This document shows positions 60,573 to 64,000 of a stretch of 64,000 bases of DNA, in pieces; within the stretch, counting starts at the first letter, position 1; every line of letters starts with the position of its first letter. Source of the stretch: Planktothrix sp. GU0601_MAG3 (GTDB taxonomy: Bacteria > Cyanobacteriota > Cyanobacteriia > Cyanobacteriales > Microcoleaceae). Position numbers and translations under genes: made by a program. The notes under the pieces are model-generated. The model did no database searches. It was not told the origin of the DNA and worked only from the letters and a program-made list of their open reading frames with translations. The stretch lies in assembly GCA_035193785.1 (NCBI GenBank), contig CP136572.1, positions 4,948,578-5,012,577 on the forward strand, in the 5' to 3' direction.

Positions 60573-61553
60573 ATGAATTCGGCTATCGAGGTTAAAGATT
60601 CAGCTTCAATTCCTTTATTAAACCCGGTGGTAGAAACGCAAAACTTGGGAAAATTTTATCGCACAGGTTTTTGGATGAATCAAAAAATTGAATCCTTAAA
60701 AAACTGTACTTTAACGATTAATGCTGGGGAAACCTTTGGTTTATTAGGACAAAATGGGGCGGGAAAAACCACCTTATTAAAAACTTTATTAGGCATTGTT
60801 CGCCCAACTTCTGGATCGGGTATATTATTGGGTAAACCCATTGGCGATCGCCATGTTAAACAACGGGTAGGATATTTACCAGAAAATCCCTATTTTTATG
60901 ATCATCTTACGGGGTGGGAATTTTTAGAATTTGCCGCCGGACTATTTCAAATTCCGAAATCTATCCAACGTCAACGCATTCCCCAATTATTAGATTTAGT
61001 CGGATTAGCAAAAACCGCCGCCATTAAAAAACAAATGCGCCAATATTCCAAGGGAATGTTACAACGGGTGGGAATGGCGCAAGCTTTAATTAATGATCCA
61101 GAAGTGGTATTTTTAGATGAACCGATGTCAGGACTTGACCCGATGGGACGGTATCAAATTCGAGAAATTATCTTATCTTTAAAAGCACAAAATAAAACTG
61201 TTTTTTTTAATAGTCATGTTTTATCCGATGTGGAAAAAATTTGCGATCGCATTGCTATTTTAGCAGAAGGTGAATTAATTAGTATGGGTTCTTTGGATGA
61301 TTTGTTGGGAAAAACTCAAACTTATATTGTGAAGGGAAAAGGAGGAGATATTAATATTCTGCAAAATTGGATATCGAATTTAGAAAGGGATCAAGATTAT
61401 TGGGAGGGACATTTAAAGGGTGAGCCAGAGGCATTTTTTATGGTATTAAAAGAAATGAATGCTCAACTATTGAGTTTGAATTTATCCAGATTAACCTTAG
61501 AAGAATTCTTTATGCAAAAGTTAAAAGAAAGGGGAATTCATGCCAGTGGTTAA
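60573..61553 (+). CDS. ABC transporter ATP-binding protein
   Basis: GQNGAGKTT, YSKGM, LDEP and SH motifs. Confidence 0.95.
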   Translation: MNSAIEVKDSASIPLLNPVVETQNLGKFYRTGFWMNQKIESLKNCTLTINAGETFGLLGQNGAGKTTLLKTLLGIVRPTSGSGILLGKPIGDRHVKQRVGYLPENPYFYDHLTGWEFLEFAAGLFQIPKSIQRQRIPQLLDLVGLAKTAAIKKQMRQYSKGMLQRVGMAQALINDPEVVFLDEPMSGLDPMGRYQIREIILSLKAQNKTVFFNSHVLSDVEKICDRIAILAEGELISMGSLDDLLGKTQTYIVKGKGGDINILQNWISNLERDQDYWEGHLKGEPEAFFMVLKEMNAQLLSLNLSRLTLEEFFMQKLKERGIHASG

Positions 61554-61568
61554 AGGTAATATTTCAAC

Positions 61569-61772
61569 TATAGCAATCCTATTTGATTTGTGTTCAAAAT
61601 TCCTGAGCAAAAGGGAACAGGGAACAGGGAACAGGGAACAACAGGCAACAGGCACAGGCTGCGTCGTGAGCCGTGAGTGAGCCTGTCGAACGGTCGAACT
61701 GCTCACGGGGGCAATACTTCTGGCTGTTTCATATCAGTATTAAAATGTTATAACCTATTTAGGATTTCTATA
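61569..61772. mobile_element. TATAGCAATCCTA...TAGGATTTCTATA-bounded composite MITE-like element containing STRR and a nested palindrome
   Basis: Imperfect terminal inverted repeat; (GGGAACA)n; CGTGAGC...GCTCACG. Confidence 0.6.
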
Positions 61773-61885
61773 TATTAGACAGCACCAGCCACAAAGTTTC
61801 AATGAGTCCTGGCACAAATCCCCCACTTCTAAATAGGAACATTTCCCTATTCCCTGTTCCCTGTTCCCTAACACTTTCTGTAATA

Positions 61886-62350
61886 TTAAGAAGGGGATAC
61901 GGGGTTAATTTCAGAGGGCGACTGAGAGAAAAATAATTTACTAATTCCAGTGGTCAGGATGTGGGACAATAATCCTAACGGCCCGGCAAATAAACAAAAA
62001 GCTAAGGAATGGATAGTCCAAATTCCGGTTTTTTGTCCATCCCAATAAATCCAACGTCCGACAAATAAATCCATGACTAAAAAGTGAATCCATCCCGTTG
62101 CTGCGGCGTTTTCATCGGCAAAGAAATGGGCAATATCTGATAATTTTGGATTGGATAAAGCCGCTGCATTCTCGGGGGTGATACTACTAACAAACAGGTA
62201 TAAATAAACGCAGGCTAACAACACAAAGGGAAAATAGGACTCCATGACTTTTCGGGTAACTCCCCAGTTAGGCAAAATAATCATTAATGCCCAAAAGGGA
62301 AGGACGAAAATATTGGCGATATTAAAAATTTGCTCAGTTGCAATAGTCAT
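61886..62350 (-). CDS. ABA4-like (DUF4281) membrane protein
   Basis: VLPFWALMI, GWIHFLVMDLFVGRW, GPLGLLSH motifs. Confidence 0.88.
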   Translation of the reverse strand: MTIATEQIFNIANIFVLPFWALMIILPNWGVTRKVMESYFPFVLLACVYLYLFVSSITPENAAALSNPKLSDIAHFFADENAAATGWIHFLVMDLFVGRWIYWDGQKTGIWTIHSLAFCLFAGPLGLLSHILTTGISKLFFSQSPSEINPVSPS

Positions 62351-62395
62351 GGTCAGAATTTTTTAGGCTAAGGGTTAAAATATCCATGTTCTAAA

Positions 62396-62530
62396 ATATA
62401 GCAGGGAACAGGCAATAGGCAATAGGCAATAGGCAATAGGCAATAGGCAATAGGCAATAGGCAATAGGGAGCACTGGAGGAAAATATTTAACCGCTAGGT
62501 TTCCTAACTCCAAGGGCGTGCTTGCTATAT
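62396..62530. repeat. (GGCAATA)n STRR enclosed by ATATAGCA...TGCTATAT
   Basis: Directly visible. Confidence 0.75.
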
Positions 62531-62603
62531 TTTTTCAATTTAATCTGCTTTTCGGGAAATTTATGTTATGCTACGAGCAAGTTAATCTAGCTAATTTATT
62601 GCT

Positions 62604-62699
62604 ATGAATTCTCACGATCTTTTTCTGTTATTGATTTTATTGTTCCCTGGTTTAGCCCTGTCGATTATTGTTATGGGAGCCTTTTCCGCCGGAGGTTAA
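62604..62699 (+). CDS. putative 31-aa single-pass membrane microprotein
   Basis: MNSHDLFLLLILLFPGLALSIIVMGAFSAGG*; below the ORF-track length cutoff. Confidence 0.6.
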   Translation: MNSHDLFLLLILLFPGLALSIIVMGAFSAGG

Positions 62700-62821
62700 A
62701 AGGTACTTTTGATCCGTTATTAGGTGCGTAAGCTCTATGCAAAACGCACCATTCAGCAATTTTTGATTCATCAGGCTCCCCCTGATCATAACATTCCGAC
62801 GGATGGCATTAGAACGAAGGA

Positions 62822-64000
62822 TTAGGGGGTTTTTAAAGTTTGGATTTGTTGACGAAATTGATCGATTTTATCAAATAAATCCGATTGGTTAAGGGTTGTT
62901 TCTTCCCCGGTTTTTAACCATTTTAACTTCAGGGTTTGCTGTTCGGCTTCCGCATCTCCTAATACTAAACACGCGATAGCACCACTGCGGTCAGCCCGTT
63001 TAAACTGTTTACCGAAGGCACTTCCACTTAAATCTAGTTCTACCGCAAAGCCATTGTTACGCAATTTTTGAGCCAAAATTAAAGCCTGAGATTCTGCTAA
63101 ATTCCCCCTAGAAACGATATAAAAATCCAGGGTAGAACTAGAAAGAGAGTTTAATTGTTGTAACAGAATCACTAACCTTTCTAACCCAATCGCCCAACCG
63201 ACCGCCGGAGTTTCTGGCCCCCCCAATTCCTGGACTAAACCATCATAACGGCCGCCCCCACAAACCGTTGCTTGGGCGCCTAAATCATCGGAAATAATTT
63301 CAAACGCCGTATGGGTATAATAATCCAATCCTCGGACTAATCGAGGGTTGAGACTGTAGGGAATTTCTAAGGCAGTTAATAGCTGTTTAACCTGTTCAAA
63401 ATGGGTGCGAGAATCCTCTCCTAAATATTCTAAAATACTCGGAGCATCCTTAACAATTTCTTGCGTGCGGGGATCTTTACTATCTAAAATTCTTAAGGGA
63501 TTTCGAGATAATCGATCCTGAGAATCGGGATCTAATTCGTCTTTATATTGGCTTAAATAATCAACTAAAGCTAGACGATAGGCTTGGCGATCGCTGGAAT
63601 TTCCCACGGAATTTAAGTTAAGGTTTAAATTCTTTAACCCCAAGGTTTTTAATAAATTTGTGGCGATCGCAATCACTTCTACATCAGCCCTAGCATCCCG
63701 ACTTCCTAACACCTCAACCCCAATTTGATGAAACTGTCGTTGACGTCCGGCTTGGGGTCGTTCATAGCGAAACATCGGCCCCGTATACCATAACCTTTGC
63801 GCCCCGGAAGTGGCGTGGAGTTTGTTTTCAATAAAGCTACGCACGACTCCGGCTGTTCCCTCTGGTCGCAAAGTAACAGAGCGATCGCCCCGGTCAACAA
63901 AGGTATACATTTCTTTCCCGACCACATCCGTCGCTTCTCCGATACCCCGTTCAAATAAAGCCGTTTGTTCAAAAATTGGGGTGCGAATTTCTTGATAATT
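62822..64000 (-). CDS. hisS: histidine--tRNA ligase (5' end beyond the window)
   Basis: [35 protein letters not shown] motifs. Confidence 0.97.
   Translation of the reverse strand, partial: NYQEIRTPIFEQTALFERGIGEATDVVGKEMYTFVDRGDRSVTLRPEGTAGVVRSFIENKLHATSGAQRLWYTGPMFRYERPQAGRQRQFHQIGVEVLGSRDARADVEVIAIATNLLKTLGLKNLNLNLNSVGNSSDRQAYRLALVDYLSQYKDELDPDSQDRLSRNPLRILDSKDPRTQEIVKDAPSILEYLGEDSRTHFEQVKQLLTALEIPYSLNPRLVRGLDYYTHTAFEIISDDLGAQATVCGGGRYDGLVQELGGPETPAVGWAIGLERLVILLQQLNSLSSSTLDFYIVSRGNLAESQALILAQKLRNNGFAVELDLSGSAFGKQFKRADRSGAIACLVLGDAEAEQQTLKLKWLKTGEETTLNQSDLFDKIDQFRQQIQTLKTP

Overview
Chromosomal window from a filamentous cyanobacterium. Evidence: petCA, nblB, rpaB, frequent HIP1 GCGATCGC octamers and heptameric STRR repeats; a Planktothrix-like Oscillatoriales origin is my inference. 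It is mostly housekeeping and signalling genes: petA/petC, glyS, bchH-like, rnhB, pheA, queD, gatB, ilvC, pilT, rplU-rpmA, rfbB, rpaB, radA, hisS and three sensor kinases. There is one cas-less CRISPR array (28 repeats, type I-D-like) between glyS and petC. The strongest signal is that about 26 of the 27 reading-frame breaks I could locate are the same event: one extra base turning GAAC into GAAAC (GTTC into GTTTC), including in essential genes. GAAC/GTTC is a known Dnd phosphorothioate motif, so these may be base-calling errors left by a DNA modification. Other items: an internally deleted IS200/IS605 element inside the rplU-rpmA operon that keeps the TnpB tail and omegaRNA region; a TIR/TSD-bounded MITE inserted in frame in a CapA-family gene; a 4 x 90-bp hairpin tandem array; an Rpn gene with an internal RBS and ATG; a tandem RelE-like gene pair; an unlisted 31-aa membrane ORF; HLR1 boxes; and many REP/MITE-type palindromes. 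All coordinates were read by eye and no database searches were run.
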